From a virus (taxonomy: Duplodnaviria; Caudoviricetes): 64,000 nucleotides of DNA. The notes below the pieces were generated by a model. It saw nothing but the letters and a program-made list of their open reading frames with translations, was not told the origin of the DNA and did not search any database. Below are positions 11,509 through 22,835 of this stretch, one piece after another. A program made the translations under genes and the position numbers. The DNA lies in the IMG/VR virus record IMGVR_UViG_3300037067_027643, positions 221,745-285,744 of that record. One strand, given 5' to 3'. Position 1 is the first letter of the stretch; every line of letters starts with the position of its first letter.

Positions 11509-11930
11509 TTAAAATAGTTACAATAACATAGTATATAAATCAGTAAACAACCGTTAAATCTAATCTAAATAAGAGATATGAAACCAAATTATTTTAATGA
11601 ACCAGAACATATTTATTTTTATAAACAATTGTATGGAATTGTAACAATACCCGATTATTTAGATCATTGTTATTTGTTAACTCATGGTCATCGAAAAAGA
11701 AATATAGAAGATAGACCGTATTCCAAAACCGATGAAATAATATGTAAGGAATTAACTGATGCTATAGATATATTAAACCGAACATACAATTATACTAATA
11801 ATGAAATAAATATTGAAAATTTATATGATCCTTTTACTAGAGATTTATATAATTATTCTATTCGTACTTATATATTTTATAAACATTAAACAATCATTAA
11901 ATCTAATCGAGTCTTAATAATATATCAGTA

Positions 11931-13193
11931 ATGAAGATAAATATAAATTTAGTAAAAGTCGTCCCAAAGTCCATCAATATTAGCAACCGTGATAATAATT
12001 CATTTGCGGTATGTGTTTATGGTCAACCATCAGAAGAAATCGAGCAATGGATCAATTACCATCAATTTAAATCGGAATACATTGATAACTATACCAATAT
12101 ATTTATTCCAAATGATACAGTATTATTATCTGATATATTTTTAGATGCTAAATGTTTTGAATGGATGGATAGCTTTAGTCCCAATCTTAATAAAGAGTTA
12201 CATATTGGACATTTTTCTAACCTTGTATTAGGAAAATCTTTTAAATCGTTAGGTATTTGTAAAAAGACAGTTAGTATATATGGTGATACATTAAATGATA
12301 TTAATAAAGATACTATAAGTAAAGCAGAAGCACTAATTCAAATACATTATTATTTAAAACAATTCGAATATACAGTAAATAAAATCCTATTAGCTTCTCA
12401 GGTTAAATATTCTGATAAAAATGGGATATTAAAAGATGGTACTGATAAGTATCAGGGTTGTAAAATATTCGAAATTGATAATAGTAGTGGTAATAATAAT
12501 GAACCAACAAAAATAGTGGCCGTTAAAAGTGATGGAAGTTCTTCTTATTTTTATCAAGATGTAGCGTTGTGTGAATTATTAAATAGCAGTTCTACATTAT
12601 ATTTAACTGGTAAGGAACAATGTAATCATTTTTTATCTCTTAAACAATTATATCCTGGTATAGAGCATATTGGATTAGGACTGGTTAATGTTTTTGGTAA
12701 TAAGATGTCTAGTAGAAAAGGAAATGTTATATTGATTAAAGATTTTATACAATGTGTACAAGAATTATTTGATAATAATATTCAATTAGTATATAATGTA
12801 TTTGCTGGTTATATATTAAAATCTTCTCCTGAACAAGACAAGGAAATAAATTCTGACTATTTAAACAATCCTAAAAATTCATCCGGGTTATATATTAGTT
12901 ATACCACTGCTAGGTTAATAAGTGCTGGTTGTGATTTAATTGATAATAATAGTAATAATAAATATACTTTTATTTCAAAACAGTTAGAATTTGCTTATTT
13001 AAAATCTAAGTTTAATTTAAAGCCAAATATATTATTCGAATCTTTAGTTGAACATTGTAAATTGATAAACTCATTATATGCTACTCATATTATAAAAGAT
13101 AATAGTGATAATAAAAATATGTTTAATTTATTATTGTCTGATTTAATATATGGATGTAAAAAATTAGGATTATTTATTATTGAAAAGGTATAA
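11931..13193 (+). CDS. argS: compact arginyl-tRNA synthetase-like protein (class I aaRS)
   Basis: SPNLNKELHIGH (HIGH), KSDGSSSYFYQDVA, YLTGKEQCNHF, GLV..KMSSRKGN (KMSKS), GLYISYTTARL (anticodon-binding domain), all in ArgRS order. Confidence 0.88.
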   Translation: MKININLVKVVPKSINISNRDNNSFAVCVYGQPSEEIEQWINYHQFKSEYIDNYTNIFIPNDTVLLSDIFLDAKCFEWMDSFSPNLNKELHIGHFSNLVLGKSFKSLGICKKTVSIYGDTLNDINKDTISKAEALIQIHYYLKQFEYTVNKILLASQVKYSDKNGILKDGTDKYQGCKIFEIDNSSGNNNEPTKIVAVKSDGSSSYFYQDVALCELLNSSSTLYLTGKEQCNHFLSLKQLYPGIEHIGLGLVNVFGNKMSSRKGNVILIKDFIQCVQELFDNNIQLVYNVFAGYILKSSPEQDKEINSDYLNNPKNSSGLYISYTTARLISAGCDLIDNNSNNKYTFISKQLEFAYLKSKFNLKPNILFESLVEHCKLINSLYATHIIKDNSDNKNMFNLLLSDLIYGCKKLGLFIIEKV

Positions 13194-13263
13194 TATATAA
13201 TCAATCAAAGTATAGTTAAATCTAATCTAAATAAGTAATATAATATCAATAAAAATTAATAAT

Positions 13264-14142
13264 ATGAAACAAACACATACAATTAAAACAAATCACCCGA
13301 TAGTAGAATTTATAAGGGATGAGATAATAAATAATACATATAATGATTATTATAAAGATAATGGTTTTGCTATCTGTGTACCATTAACCATATCAAATCG
13401 AGCAATATGTTCTTGTGATATTTATAATTTTAAATTTAACGGTAATAACTGGAATGTTCCTTGTATAAACATAGGCGTATATTATAATGTTAAACCTGAT
13501 ATAGATACTAATAATATTCCACATTTTATAAATAATAAAGATAATGATGGGTTTAAGTATTATCAAATTAGTTCTACTTGTAGTATAAAACTTAAAACAT
13601 TTTTGGATAAAAATCCTCAGTGGTTAGATACATTTAATGAATGGGCTATACCTGTTAAAGAAAAGAAAATTAAATGTCGATATAACAATCATAATAATAA
13701 GGATAGAAAAGTTAGTATATTATGTCCGGATAACGAAACAGAATATATTGTTAATTTTCCATCATTAGAAACAGATGATAAAAATATTTTAACCTGGATT
13801 AAACCAATAGAAGATCGATTAACTAAACAATATTATGATACGATTAAATTTAATAAGAAAAATAATATTAAATTAAATTTAAATGTATGGTTAAATCATA
13901 TATGGTATTATTATGATTATAAAGATGGTGTTGTTGAAATATACAATATTAAAAATTATAAAGGTGATAGTATATATAAACAGTTATTGGATACCGGATT
14001 AATTAATCTTTATAATAATATACCAGAATCTACTAAAATTTTAATTAAAAAAGAAATTGAAAGTGGTGATATATTAGTTAAAGATATTATATTAGTCGAA
14101 TATAGAGAATATTCAAATAAAATAGAAATTGGTAATATATAA
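13264..14142 (+). CDS. hypothetical protein (292 aa)
   Basis: Long ORF bounded by the intergenic repeat. Confidence 0.65.
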   Translation: MKQTHTIKTNHPIVEFIRDEIINNTYNDYYKDNGFAICVPLTISNRAICSCDIYNFKFNGNNWNVPCINIGVYYNVKPDIDTNNIPHFINNKDNDGFKYYQISSTCSIKLKTFLDKNPQWLDTFNEWAIPVKEKKIKCRYNNHNNKDRKVSILCPDNETEYIVNFPSLETDDKNILTWIKPIEDRLTKQYYDTIKFNKKNNIKLNLNVWLNHIWYYYDYKDGVVEIYNIKNYKGDSIYKQLLDTGLINLYNNIPESTKILIKKEIESGDILVKDIILVEYREYSNKIEIGNI

Positions 14143-14191
14143 CACTTAAATCTAATCGAGTCTTAATATAATAACAATAAAAATTAATAAT

Positions 14192-14569
14192 ATGAAAGAA
14201 AGAATTAAAAACGTTTTAAAAACATCGATTCATTTAATTATTATTATAGTATGTCTTTCATTTGGTTGTACAAATAATACATCGAAACCTATATGCTATG
14301 AAACCGTAAATACTTCGGTTTATATAACAAATGTATTTACCGCAAAATATTCTAAAGTACAAGGTTATATTTATTACAGAAATTTTAAATTAGATATTGA
14401 TAATGGTAATACTGGGTATTATTATAAAAAATATAATTTAACGTCTGGTGATATTATCAATGGTAACGTTACTATTTATCAACAATCTTATTATTCTAAT
14501 AATCCTTATAAAAATGATTTAATTTTATCGACATCAGAAGTTGATTTTTCTAAATATGAAATAAAATAA
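14192..14569 (+). CDS. putative lipoprotein
   Basis: Basic N-terminus, hydrophobic stretch, lipobox-like LSFGC. Confidence 0.5.
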   Translation: MKERIKNVLKTSIHLIIIIVCLSFGCTNNTSKPICYETVNTSVYITNVFTAKYSKVQGYIYYRNFKLDIDNGNTGYYYKKYNLTSGDIINGNVTIYQQSYYSNNPYKNDLILSTSEVDFSKYEIK

Positions 14570-14589
14570 ATTTAATAAAGCGATATAAT

Positions 14590-17500
14590 ATGAATATAAT
14601 CTTACAATCACGCACATCAATAAATAATGTTAAAAAATTAAATTCATTAAATGATATTGATATTGTTAAAAATCGTTTATTTTATGAATTAGGTCATTAT
14701 ATTGTTTTATCAAGTTATCGTGATAAGGATGGATATATTGTTGAAAATAAAAAATGGATTAAAGAAGGTATATTTAAAGAAGTCGATAATATAAAAGAAT
14801 TTATTAATTTTCACGTAAATATGTCTAAGAAAGAATTAAAGGAATATATTAAACATCATAATTTTGTAATTGATAATCTAATAAAATAATAATTATGGGT
14901 ATAGGAATAAACAGTAGTGAATATAAAATACAAGGGATAATTAAAATTAATGGCATTAATTGTTTTTATTTATATGATCAACAAATTCGAGAAATATTAT
15001 CAAATGTTTTTAAAGCTCAATTAGAACGTGAAGGAAAGTGTGTTTGTACTATAGAAGTAGAATTAAATTCTCCTCCATCTAATTATATAAACATTAATGG
15101 TAAAGAAAATAGCTAATAAAATAATAATATATGAAAACAAAAGAAGAAATAAATTTAAAAAGGTCTGTTAAAATTACCGAATTAGAAAATATCAAAATAA
15201 CAAGAAATGAAATGAGAAAAATTTCTAATAAATATTTTGATGTTGATAATTTATTTGATCCTATTATTGAAAAAATACAAAATGATATTGATATTTACAC
15301 TTGGGTATTAAATTAAAATAAATATTATGCAAATAACAATAAACAACATTGATTTAAATAATAGTGATTATATTATTGATAGTAATCTAAAACCTTACGA
15401 ACAATTACAAGCGCTTTTAAGAGAAGAATTTACTTATAAACACTTTGATCTATATAAAGGAACAGATAAAGATATTCAATGTTTTATAGATGATTACTTA
15501 TATAAATTAGGATATTATTTAAATTTAAGAGAAGATGAACAAAAATTATTAAAATTAAATGTTAAATTTGAAGAAGAACATAATCATTTAACTGAAATAA
15601 ATTGTAATATCGTACCTAATAACTTATTTACTGCTTGCGTAATGTTTGGTAAGTATGTTCCTAGTATGTTTATTAAAGAAGACTGTTTAAGTGTAACATC
15701 TAAAGATTATAGTATTATTAGTTGTAATAAAGATAAAACACACTACTATTTAAAAGAAGTTTATGTTGATAGTCCCAATTATAAAACTCCAGAACAACTT
15801 AAAAATATGTGTATGAGTGATAGAGAGAAGTATTATGATAATTTACCTTATAAAGAAAATGTAATTTATGATGTTTCCAAAATTAATATTATTGATAATA
15901 TTGTTATAGAAGATTCCATTAATAAAGCAAAAGAAGTAATAGAAATAAAGGGTTATGATTCTATCGAATTTATTAAAGAATATGAAGAATGCATTAAAAA
16001 TCCTGATAAATTTAGTGATGAACAATTGTATAAATTATTAGGTTCTAAAAGTAATGAACGATGGAATAATATTAAATCTATAATAAAAGATAGGGAAGAT
16101 AAAATAATATTAGAATGGAATGATAAATATCCTGGTGTTCCATTTGGAAGCATTGAATTAGTATTAGGTAAAAATTATAAAGTATATATTGATGGAGAAA
16201 TGAAAATTAGATCATTACATGGAAAATTATGGGCATTTCCTCCAGATTGTGGTAATATTAATGAAGATGATATATAAACAAAAAGTAAATAATAATATAA
16301 TCGTGGAAGAAAGAATTAAAGAAACTAAAACATTTTCTACTACTATTGATAGTGATAGATATAAATGTTATATAAAATCAGAATCAGATAATGATTTTAA
16401 TCGTGTAAAACATGTACTATATATTTCGAAACTTAAAAAATTAAAATTTTTATGGTGGGAGTATTTTTTGAATATTATAGATTGGAGCACAGAATATTAT
16501 ATTGGTTTTAATGATTATTATTTAGAAGGTAATGTAGATTGTACTTATCTAAATGGATACTTTTACTATTCTATTGATGGTATTAAAGAAAAGATCGTAG
16601 AAGCAGTAAAATATCATACTAGTACTATTAATATTAAAAAAGAAGAAAAAGCAAAATTAAAAAACATTAAACATAAAAGAGAAATATAAATAATATAAAC
16701 ATTATGATAAAAGCAAACATAATAACAGAAACAACTCATTACATAGAATGTCCTTATTGTCATAAATCAAAAGAAAGAATTGATCATCTATTTGAAGAAA
16801 ATACTAATAGAAAAGAAACCTCATTTGGACCTTGGTATTGTGATGAATGTGGTGGTAGCTATGAAGGTGTTGTTAGAGGACAAGATGTATTCATTAAATT
16901 AAATACAAACAAAAGAAAAGATGATAGTCTTGTATTTTTAAGAAATGGTAATGTATTATTGATTGTTAAAGGAATGTATTTTGATGGAGATCTTGATAAA
17001 GGACATCAGGAATATTTTTACAATGAACATACCTGTCCAACTAACTATTTTAAATCTGTAGAAATGGTAGTAGATTTAAAAACAGGAGATACCGATCCAC
17101 ATGGTATATTTGAATATGTTGACGCTATTCCTTATATAAATTTAAAAGAAATGAACGAAACTGAAGTTCATAAATTATTGTTGTCGGTTTTAACATAATC
17201 AAAAATAAATTTGTTTAATTGATTTTAATTTATTAATTTTGTATTCTATAACCTAAATTAACAAAAAATATAAAGAAATGAATAATAATATTACAATAAA
17301 TATAGAAGAAATTAAATCACTTGTAGATAATAGTATAACCAATCCAGAAACAATTCGTCAAATAGCATTATATGCTATTAAAACCAGAGATGTTTCATTA
17401 ATTTCTAAAATAAAAAATGGTTATGAAGTCTATGGATTATATCCAGAAGTAATGATTTCATTAAATATAAAACCAGAAAATAAAGAATAACATGGAAAAC

Positions 17501-18386
17501 AAATATATATTAGTCAAAAAAGCTTACGAAATTAACTTTTCTAAAATAGAAGAAGGTTATCTAGCATGTGAACAAATATGTTATGCTGAAACTAGAGGCA
17601 GAGCTAAAACTCAATTATTAGATAAAATTAAATATGATGATTGGAAAAGTAACATTACAGGAGAACCGATTACCTATTTAAATATTCCAGTAAGAAGATG
17701 TAAAATAGAAGATTTATATAAGTTTGAAAATTGTATATATTCATTATATCAGATAGAACAAATACTAAAAGAAAGAGAAAGAATAAAGGAATTGGAAGAT
17801 TTATTCAATAATGGTAATATAGGATATTGTTATATTAAAAAACGTGGACAATATTATTGTCCCAATTGTTGTGGATATACAGATTATATTAAATATGCTG
17901 GAGTATATACTAAAAAAGAAGCTATAGAAGAAGTTAAATCATGTAGTGAATTAGAAGTAATTCCAATTAATGTTGAAAGACATAATAGTATTATAAACGA
18001 AACAATCAACGATTTAAAAACAAGATTAATTAAAAATAAATAACATGGGATTTCTAACAACATTCACAATCTACAATGATGATATCGATAGAATATCAAA
18101 GAATCCAAAAGAATTTGTAGAAAAATTAATTGATTCCACTACCAATTATCTATCAAGTACATTTCATGTAGACGGAGCAACTATAAAAGCTCAAGGAACA
18201 AGACATAGCAGTGAAACTGTTATCTATGTTCAAAGTGGTAATACCACATGTTTAATGAACGCATCCAATATAGAAACAGAACAATTAATGAATAACTCTC
18301 CAGAATTTTTTGAAGAAATGTTAAACGAAATGGAGAATCAGGTAATTAAATTAAAAGCAAAATATAAAGAAATTAAAAATAAATAA
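14590..18386 (+). other. cluster of hypothetical genes, incl. 15327-16277 (316 aa), Zn-ribbon protein 16704-17198 and 17492-18043
   Basis: Abutting + strand ORFs; CPYC...CDEC in 16704-17198. Confidence 0.65.
17210..17241 (+). promoter_or_regulatory. Bacteroidota-type -33/-7 promoter
   Basis: TTTG-N20-TAATTTTG. Confidence 0.75.
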
Positions 18387-18390
18387 CATT

Positions 18391-19200
18391 ATGAACAAAG
18401 ATACACTAGGTGATAGAATGAAAGACTATTACGAAAACAGAACTCGTATTAGCCTTCCAAGAAGAAGCTATACTATTATTAGAATTGATGGTAAAGCTTT
18501 TCACAGTTATACCAAAGGATTAAATCGCCCGTTTGATGATGGTTTAATCGAAGATATGGATTCTACTACTGCTTATTTGTGTAAAAACATACAAGGAGCT
18601 AAATTTGGATACGTTCAAAGTGATGAAATTTCTATACTGCTTTGTGATTTTGAAGACATAGGAACTCAAGCTTGGTTTGATAACAATATTCAAAAGATGT
18701 GTAGTGTATCGGCTAGTATGGCTACAAGTAAATTTAATCAACTAAGATTGATGAGAACAGCTAAATGTGGATTCGATTTGTTAAATGATTGTAAATCTCA
18801 AATATTTGCTATTCCATTAATTCATGATATGTGTAATAAAAAATTAGCAGAATTTGATAGTCGAGTATTTCAAATACCATCCAGTATCGAAGTTGAAAAT
18901 TATTTTATCTGGAGACAACAAGATGCTACTAGGAACAGTATTCAATCTGTAGCACAATCATTGTATAGTCACAAAGAACTAAATAATAAAAATTGTGATC
19001 AGCTACAAGAAATGATATTTCAAAAAGGCATTAATTGGAATGATTATCCAAGTAAATATAAAAGAGGTAGAATAATTAGTAAGGAAACATATACCAAAGA
19101 TAATACTAACAGAAGTAGATGGACAAATATAAACAACAATGAAATACCAATATTTACACAAGAAAGAGAATTTATTAGTAATTTAATCCCAAAGATATGA
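18391..19200 (+). CDS. thg1: tRNA(His) guanylyltransferase Thg1 / Thg1-like 3'-5' polymerase
   Basis: IRIDGKAFHSYT, RPFD, YVQSDEIS, FDSR, YFIWRQQDATRNS, GINWNDYP..KRG. Confidence 0.95.
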   Translation: MNKDTLGDRMKDYYENRTRISLPRRSYTIIRIDGKAFHSYTKGLNRPFDDGLIEDMDSTTAYLCKNIQGAKFGYVQSDEISILLCDFEDIGTQAWFDNNIQKMCSVSASMATSKFNQLRLMRTAKCGFDLLNDCKSQIFAIPLIHDMCNKKLAEFDSRVFQIPSSIEVENYFIWRQQDATRNSIQSVAQSLYSHKELNNKNCDQLQEMIFQKGINWNDYPSKYKRGRIISKETYTKDNTNRSRWTNINNNEIPIFTQEREFISNLIPKI

Positions 19201-19495
19201 AAGAATTTGAATATTTATTTAAGGTAAAAACATTAGAAGCTGGACAAAGAGGTAGATATCAAGATAGTTATTATTCCTATGAAGTAACTAGTAATTGTAC
19301 AGAATATAAAGTAAAACAGTTTTGTATGAATGTATTACAAAAAAGTTATGAAAAGAAGGATATGCCTAATCCATTTGCTGGTGAGTTATTAGAGTTTAAA
19401 AAATTAACCGATAACAATAAAAACGTTGATATGTTTAATTCTACTAAAGAAGAAACATATTTATACAAAACAAAAGAATTATATTGTGATTAACT

Positions 19496-19936
19496 ATGAA
19501 ACAATTAATTAACCTAGTTGTCTTATTATTACTGATACCAACATCATCTATAGCACAAGACACCATAAAATCTGATCTAGCAAAGAACATTATTACTATC
19601 TCATGTTCTATGAAAGAACCATTAGATTCTGTTTTTAATGAACTATTATGTTCTAAAATAACAACCGATACTAATAGCAATATTCTAACTGTTATTTATA
19701 GTTGTCACGATCATAAAATTGAACTATATTTTTATAACAATTTATTAATAGGAGGAGTTATACTTTATCAAACAGATGTTCAGTTTAAAGAGATAATTGA
19801 ATTATTTGATCAAAAATTATATAGATTAAAGGATGATAACTATAATTGGGTGTTCTACTATAAAGAATCTTGTAGCTTTATAATATTACATGTTGACAAA
19901 GACAAGAAAACAGTTCAAATATATCTGGATCAATAG
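19496..19936 (+). CDS. putative exported protein
   Basis: Signal peptide MKQLINLVVLLLLIPTSSIA|Q with +1 Gln, typical of Bacteroidota. Confidence 0.55.
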   Translation: MKQLINLVVLLLLIPTSSIAQDTIKSDLAKNIITISCSMKEPLDSVFNELLCSKITTDTNSNILTVIYSCHDHKIELYFYNNLLIGGVILYQTDVQFKEIIELFDQKLYRLKDDNYNWVFYYKESCSFIILHVDKDKKTVQIYLDQ

Positions 19937-19959
19937 ACAAAAATATATATCAAAATAAA

Positions 19960-19991
19960 TTTGGTAATATAAATTATTTTTACTAATTTTG
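19960..19991 (+). promoter_or_regulatory. Bacteroidota-type -33/-7 promoter
   Basis: TTTG-N20-TAATTTTG. Confidence 0.8.
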
Positions 19992-20017
19992 TATTGTTAA
20001 ATTTAAAGTATGTTAAT

Positions 20018-20752
20018 ATGACAACAATAATTATATGTTTATTAATTCCATTAATTCTAGTATGTTTAATTATTCTTTTAAATAATACATCTACTAAATC
20101 TAAACAGTCGATTATTAAAAAAATTAATAACCACTCAAATTTAAAATATGAATATGAATTATTAGAATATAATCTAAAATTAAATAATAACATTATTCAT
20201 AAAAGAATATATGATAAATTTAGAAACGGGTTAATGAAAATTATAGAAGAAGAAAATATTAAATTTACCGAATTAGATTCTATATATGAACTTAACAATG
20301 TTACAGAAGAACAAGTATTAAATGATATAAATATAAAAAATAACTTAGCATGTGGATTATACATATATATTTCTAAAGAAAAATTAAAAAAGTATGATTT
20401 GATTGATTTAGATTGGTATAACAGAAAGTATCCACAAATAAAAGTTGAAAATACTGTTATTGATGATGATTTATCTTATGGAAATGAATTAATTATTGCA
20501 CATGAACTTGGACATCATTTTTGTATTGCACAATTAAATGATAAAAGTGAAGAAGGTGCAGATTATTATGTACTGACATTAGCACAGAAAATTTTAACCC
20601 CATTAGAAATATATACTATTAGTATACTACTTCGTATTAAATGCAAATTAACTAGTGAAGAATTCGAAAATATGTATAATTTAGATGATATTGTATCATT
20701 TGATAAGTTTAAAGAAGTTAATGGAGATATCTATAAACTATTTGAAAATTAA
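20018..20752 (+). CDS. membrane-anchored ImmA/IrrE-like zinc metallopeptidase
   Basis: N-terminal TM helix; IIAHELGHH followed by SEEGADYY; ATG at 20018 preferred to TTG 19994, which abuts the promoter. Confidence 0.6.
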   Translation: MTTIIICLLIPLILVCLIILLNNTSTKSKQSIIKKINNHSNLKYEYELLEYNLKLNNNIIHKRIYDKFRNGLMKIIEEENIKFTELDSIYELNNVTEEQVLNDINIKNNLACGLYIYISKEKLKKYDLIDLDWYNRKYPQIKVENTVIDDDLSYGNELIIAHELGHHFCIAQLNDKSEEGADYYVLTLAQKILTPLEIYTISILLRIKCKLTSEEFENMYNLDDIVSFDKFKEVNGDIYKLFEN

Positions 20753-21322
20753 ATAAACATGGAAAATATTTATAAACCTATTATGAAATCAGTAATTGAT
20801 TTTTTATTGCTAAATGGATTTACTTGTATAGAGCCAAATTCATATATTAATAATTATTGTAATATTATTATAAACGAAGAATATTATACTATTATTGATA
20901 AAAATAACGAGGTAATGATTAGTAGAGACGTAAATATTTATTGGTTGATTGGATGTCTTACTTATTATGGTTACATGGATAAAAATTACAAACAATTAGA
21001 TTAAGAATAAATAATATGAAAACATTTAAACAAAAATTAGGCAAAACAATAGCTAAATATAAATGGCTACAATTTACAAGAGAAGATCAAGTATTTGGTA
21101 GTCCAGCAGATTTATATTATGAATTATATAATAGTAAAGGTATAGCAGAATGTTTTATGTTAATAGATGATGGTGATTGCATAGGAGAAGAATGTGCGAT
21201 TCATATATGTTGTTTATCTACAAATAAAAGAGGAAAAGTTAAATATAATTTTAAAGGAAAGATATTTGAAGGTCGTATATGTTCTAAAAAAGATTTTAAA
21301 TATTTAATGAAATTTTTAGGAT

Positions 21323-21838
21323 TTGAAAAAATATATTAATAGTATGAAAAATATTAAAAACATATTAACAATCATCAATACTACTAATAATTTTAAACAA
21401 AAATTTTTTATATATTTAAGGTTATTTATTTCATTTGTACAATTTCCAGCATTTGTATTTCATGAATTATGCCATAGCTTATTATTGATATTTTGTACTG
21501 ATATAAAAATAAAGGAATATAATTTTTTAAAAATTAATAACAACAATAAAAATTTACAAACATACGGTTTACGTATTAGCTATAATAGTACAAAGAAAGT
21601 TGGATTACTTAGTTCTGCTATGCCATTAATTGGTTGGTTAGTGTTATTTATTATTTCTTTGATTAATTGTTATTGGTTGATTTTAATATATTGTATTATT
21701 AGCTTTCGTATGTTTTATTTGAGTTCTGTAGATATTGAAAGTATGGATAATTGTGGTTGTGATAAAAGATTAACTAAAATTTTAAAATATATTAATACGA
21801 ACATACAAAAATTATCAAATAAATATTATATAATATGA
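21323..21838 (+). CDS. membrane HExxH metalloprotease-like protein
   Basis: PAFVFHELCH, SAMPL, LSSVD and hydrophobic segments. Confidence 0.55.
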   Translation: MKKYINSMKNIKNILTIINTTNNFKQKFFIYLRLFISFVQFPAFVFHELCHSLLLIFCTDIKIKEYNFLKINNNNKNLQTYGLRISYNSTKKVGLLSSAMPLIGWLVLFIISLINCYWLILIYCIISFRMFYLSSVDIESMDNCGCDKRLTKILKYINTNIQKLSNKYYII

Positions 21839-22274
21839 AGCATCAAGATAAATCAATAAACCTTAAATCTACAGAAAAGGAATTAAGAGAATTATATAAA
21901 CGGTTTGGATTGAAACAATGGATTCCTAAATTATCAAAAGAGGAAATATTGATAGATTTATATAACTATATATGTGGAGATAAATCAATGTTAGAGGAAT
22001 TGGTAGAACATTTAGAAACTATTCAAAGTAAATTAAATAAAGAGTATCCAAACATTTGGGTTGGAGAATTATAAAATATTATGAAAACATTTATATTATG
22101 TTCTGATACAAATTACGATTTATCTGTTACAATTGTTAATGCAGAATCAGAAGAAGAAGTTAGAAATTTAGTTAAAGATAATAAATATGTTTGGCTAGGT
22201 TATAATATTAACGAAATAGATACTAAAACAAAAGGAATTGTATTTCAAGATCCTATTGATAATTAAAAAATAAA

Positions 22275-22835
22275 ATGGAAAAATATATATTCTTAGATAT
22301 TGATGGAGTAATAGCAACACCAAAAACTATAATTGATTGTGGTTGGGGTTTAACTCCTATTTGTCAAGAGAATTTAGGATTTATTTTAAAAGAAACAAAT
22401 GCTAAAATCGTAATAAGTTCTAGTTGGAGACTAAATACAGTTGAAGAAACAGTTAAATATATGGACGAACAAGGATTTTTATTTTGTGATTCTATTGTTG
22501 GAGTAACTATAAGAGCTTATCACTATATTCAAAAAGGTGTACATTTAGGAATTCCAAGAGGAGTAGAAATCAAACAATATATAGATACCCATTTAAAATA
22601 TCCATGGTATGCTTATCCTGAAAGAGATAATGAGTTTAAATTGTATAGAGAAGATGGAACATTTTTAATGATGAGACATCAAGAACTTGGTAAGGATTAT
22701 AACTATTGTATATTAGATGATGATACAGATTTTTTATTAGAACATAAAAATTATTTCGTACAATGTAATCCAAACGTAGGTTTAACTAAAAGTAAAGCAT
22801 TAAAAGCAATTAAAATATTGAACAATGGAAATTAA
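22275..22835 (+). CDS. HAD-family phosphatase (type found in RNA-repair 'Swiss army knife' proteins)
   Basis: IFLDIDGV, IVISSSWR, RGVEIKQY, YCILDDD, GLT. Confidence 0.85.
   Translation: MEKYIFLDIDGVIATPKTIIDCGWGLTPICQENLGFILKETNAKIVISSSWRLNTVEETVKYMDEQGFLFCDSIVGVTIRAYHYIQKGVHLGIPRGVEIKQYIDTHLKYPWYAYPERDNEFKLYREDGTFLMMRHQELGKDYNYCILDDDTDFLLEHKNYFVQCNPNVGLTKSKALKAIKILNNGN

Larger units (their letters stand above)
9707..14165 (+). repeat. dispersed intergenic repeat with core TAAAT(C/T)TAATC (6 copies)
   Basis: AAAT(C/T)TAATC begins at 9731, 10909, 11556, 11899, 13218, 14148; all are intergenic and share flanks. Confidence 0.8.

Noticed and set aside
9228-14165. CRISPR array interpretation of the repeats
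   Set aside because: Spacing is irregular or gene-sized, repeats are degenerate, and no cas genes are present in the window.
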